Positions 61,118 to 64,000 of a DNA stretch of 64,000 bases are shown here, piece by piece; position 1 is the stretch's first letter, and each line of letters begins with the position of its first letter. The DNA is taken from contig JAYWIR010000033.1 of NCBI GenBank assembly GCA_036172245.1, positions 2,108,001 to 2,172,000 on the forward strand. Direction: 5' to 3'. The translations under genes and the position numbers were made by a program. The notes beneath the pieces are model-generated. The model made no database searches, was not told where the DNA came from, and saw only the letters and a program-made list of their open reading frames with translations. The stretch is from Raillietiella orientalis (Eukaryota).

Positions 61118-64000
61118 ACCTTCGATGAGGCCATCTGCAGCCTGTCGATTCCTTGACAACGTACGTGAGAGGTGGAGAAGTGGTCTCCGCGCGGGAGAGC
61201 CACAAGCGTTCCACAGCCGACTCGCCGGTCGTCCTTCGGCCTCAGCCTTGAAGCCGAAGACGCTAAGAAATTCAGCAACCTCCGGAAAAAGCGACGCCTC
61301 GCTGCCCTCACGAGCGCCGAACTGCAGGGGAGTTTCCCCCTGGCTCGACTTCCTCCATCAGTCAAAGCAGAGGATTACGGATGCAGCATCAGGGAAGCGA
61401 AAGAACGAGAGGAGGAGGCGAAAAAACAGTAGCGGCGGCAGTTTTGAATGTTAGGGATTTCCTCCCTCCTCCTTTCTCCCTTCCTCTGTCTCTTTCTTAT
61501 CTCTTCGTCGGATGGGCACTCGAATCTCTCTCAGTACCTAGATCCAAGAATGAAAAACGAGGAGCTTCGGAGAGAAGGGTTTTCAGCCACCCGCGCATCG
61601 TCTTCCTCTGCTTGCTCCGTGGGCGGTGCAGGCGACGTTCCGTCTGCCAGCACCGTCGGCTCACGTTTCCGGTGGGATCACTTGGACACGACTGCGCCAT
61701 TCTGTCACTTGTAGGGTAGCTACCGCTTCCTCCGTCCCGAGTGGCAGCCACAGGGGCTCCTCTCCGGGCAAGCGGCTCGGGCATCGCTAGTCAGGGGCGC
61801 CTCCAGGAACTTTTGCCAAGGGCGGGAAAACCGAAACCTTCCTGCACCTTCTCGAGGACTGCGATCCGCTCTTCAATGCAGAAATGAGCGCCAGGAAGGA
61901 TTCCTGCTGTACCCTGGAGACACTTCAGTAAGGTCTCTGAGGCTCTGCTTCACTCGCGTCAGACTTTTCGCTCGCTAGCCCCGCCCTCCGAGTGCGGCTC
62001 GCGCCGTGGGGATGGAGGTGTCAACATGGCAACGGCACAAACGGGAAGGCGTCCTCTTTGCCTCTTCCGTGGGGGACGAGGAATGTGGTGTGGTGGCTCT
62101 ATACTTAGCAGAAAGTGCGGAGGAAGACGTCGCCTGCATCTCTGCGAAGGATGCGGAAGACGTGGAAAGTACCATCTATTCCTCCTTATATTCACTTTGT
62201 TTTTTTCTTTCTGTTTTCATCCACAGTTTCCACCCTTCGACCCTGTTGGCTTACTGCTCACTCGAACTGTTAGTCGGTGGCCAGACCTCTTACTTCTGGA
62301 GTGCCCTGAAGTCCACACGGGAAAGGCCTCGGTGTGGCCAAAGACATCGACGTACGTTGCACGGGAAATGCCTAGTTCAGCAACAGCGTCGCTGAGGAAA
62401 AACTCCCAGAAATACCAAGACAACGAGCTCTGTAGCTCGCAGTGTTGAGCATTTGCAGATGCTCCGAGCACGATCTGAGAGCACGCGAGATCGTAGCGGA
62501 TGTTTAGATTTTCGGCGCTGGCACGAACCGTTTCTTGAAAGTTCCAAGTGTTCCGGCGCGTGCTCTTCCTGGAGAATCAAGGTAAATCAGCCAATAGTCA
62601 CTTCAGCCTTCCTTCACATCGCATCTCATGGGAGCACCGGAGGAAGGCTGAGAGATGTGCAAAGGACAGCAGTCTGCGCTACTGGATCGTTGGACTGAGA
62701 AAGGGAATCTGGAAGTGGACTCGTTCTCGAAGGGCCCATCGAGTCCGCTGGTGGTGATGGCAACTGGAGCACAATTCCTGGATAAGAGAAATGACGCTCC
62801 AACTTTCGGATTGAAGATGGCACCTGACACGTCTCAGGATGTTTTACCTCTGAGAATCGAGGTTCGAACCCGGTCTCTGAAGCCTCCAGGTTTGCCAGCA
62901 AAACACTCTATCCCTCACGTTTAGGTGAGTCTTTGCCTTCCAAGCCTGCGAGTCGTGTGCCGCCATCAGCCCACCGGAATTTCTTCCTTGGCGACGTTGT
63001 CAAACCAACGTCGCCAGAGGCTCTCGGGTTTGCGGAATTGATCTCCTCTTCTAATTGCCAGCTGAGTTTTGGGTCATCTGAAACGGTAAGAAAGGATGCG
63101 ACACGTGCCTACACGAAAAGAAAGTTCCTCATACTTCAGTGGGGGATAGGAATGAGAATGTTGCAGATGAGTATGGAGGATCAACGAGTGAAGGAATGGA
63201 CAGAGGTAGGTTGGACGGATTATCCAATGGAGGTGTGATGCTATCACTGGTTTCTCGTCCACAATAGTCCTGATACGCCTTGTACCCCACCCTTCAGTCC
63301 GGTCCATTTCGTCGATGAGGAAGATGGAAAATGCAAACGTAACCTTCTTATGGGACTGTCACAGACTTCTTCCCTTTTGAAGTTTGCCCACGTAGCGGAA
63401 GATTGCCTACAAGAAGACTGCTGGTCACCCAAACAGGTCAACTTTCTTTCTAGCGGCTCCTCGGTAGCACCTTCGGAGAGTTGGAGCTACCCTTCAGTGC
63501 GGGTTCCAGTATACTGCTCAAAACGGAGCCACGAAAGAAATTTCTGCACGGCTCAGAGGTGAGCACATCTCTCTTAGGAATTCTCTCTTCGGACTTTTTA
63601 GTTACATTTACTTCTCCAGTGCATCTACAGCAAGACGCTGGGGTGCTAGTAGAACAGTCCCTCATTCCAGAGCACTTCCGGGGCATTCTGAGTAAATCTT
63701 TCTATACTCTGCTTCAGGGAGTATTCGTGTATGGTTCCCAGGGACTGCCGCGCTGCTATTGACCATGAGACGGACTCCGTGACTCCAGATACCACGCAGG
63801 TCATGCCCGTTGCCCAGCAGCCTTCACGAGAGAGCAGTTTTTCCTGTTATACAGGTGCAGAAGAGGGGTCACGCGGTACGTGACAACCAGCCAATGCACT
63901 TCGGGAATGCTCAGGCCCAGGATCCGCCCCTAGAGAGAATCCTTCTGCAAGCGAAAACCTGTGTAAAACGAACTGCATGCGACAGACGGAATCACAATGC

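Noticed and set aside
62840..62930. B-box-like gggttcgaacc on the minus strand as a tRNA gene
   Set aside because: No cloverleaf could be folded. At most a decayed SINE head. The same applies to the SINE heads elsewhere, so no tRNA genes are called.
1..64000. CRISPR arrays, rRNA genes, operons or intact autonomous transposons
   Set aside because: No regularly spaced short repeats, rRNA signature or uninterrupted transposase/RT ORF was seen.

Overview
Eukaryotic, most likely arthropod, genomic DNA (about 50% GC) dense with decayed transposons. The one well-supported host gene is a minus-strand, three-Ig-domain cell-adhesion gene of the DIP (Dpr-interacting protein)/lachesin family. Six phase-compatible GT-AG exons were assembled by hand: 57183-57071, 47429-47222, 42277-42119, 42056-41910, 41818-41678 and 31777-31610. 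The signal-peptide exon and the terminal exon were not resolved. The rest is mostly remnants of Gypsy LTR elements and LINEs (Tx1/L1-like, RTE-like), plus about eight full or partial copies of a long (~750 bp) tRNA-headed SINE-like family. The most notable signals are three. (1) An AT-rich island of about 1 kb (~24830-25830) carries a TTGACA-N17-TATGAT sigma70-type promoter, an RBS-like GGGGT and a decayed membrane-protein reading frame of about 230 codons, so it is probably a horizontally acquired endosymbiont fragment. (2) A SINE copy is bracketed by a ~194-bp direct repeat. (3) A PPT-LTR-PBS junction fragment sits where the RT core of a LINE should be. All transposon family calls come from visual motif matching, not database searches.
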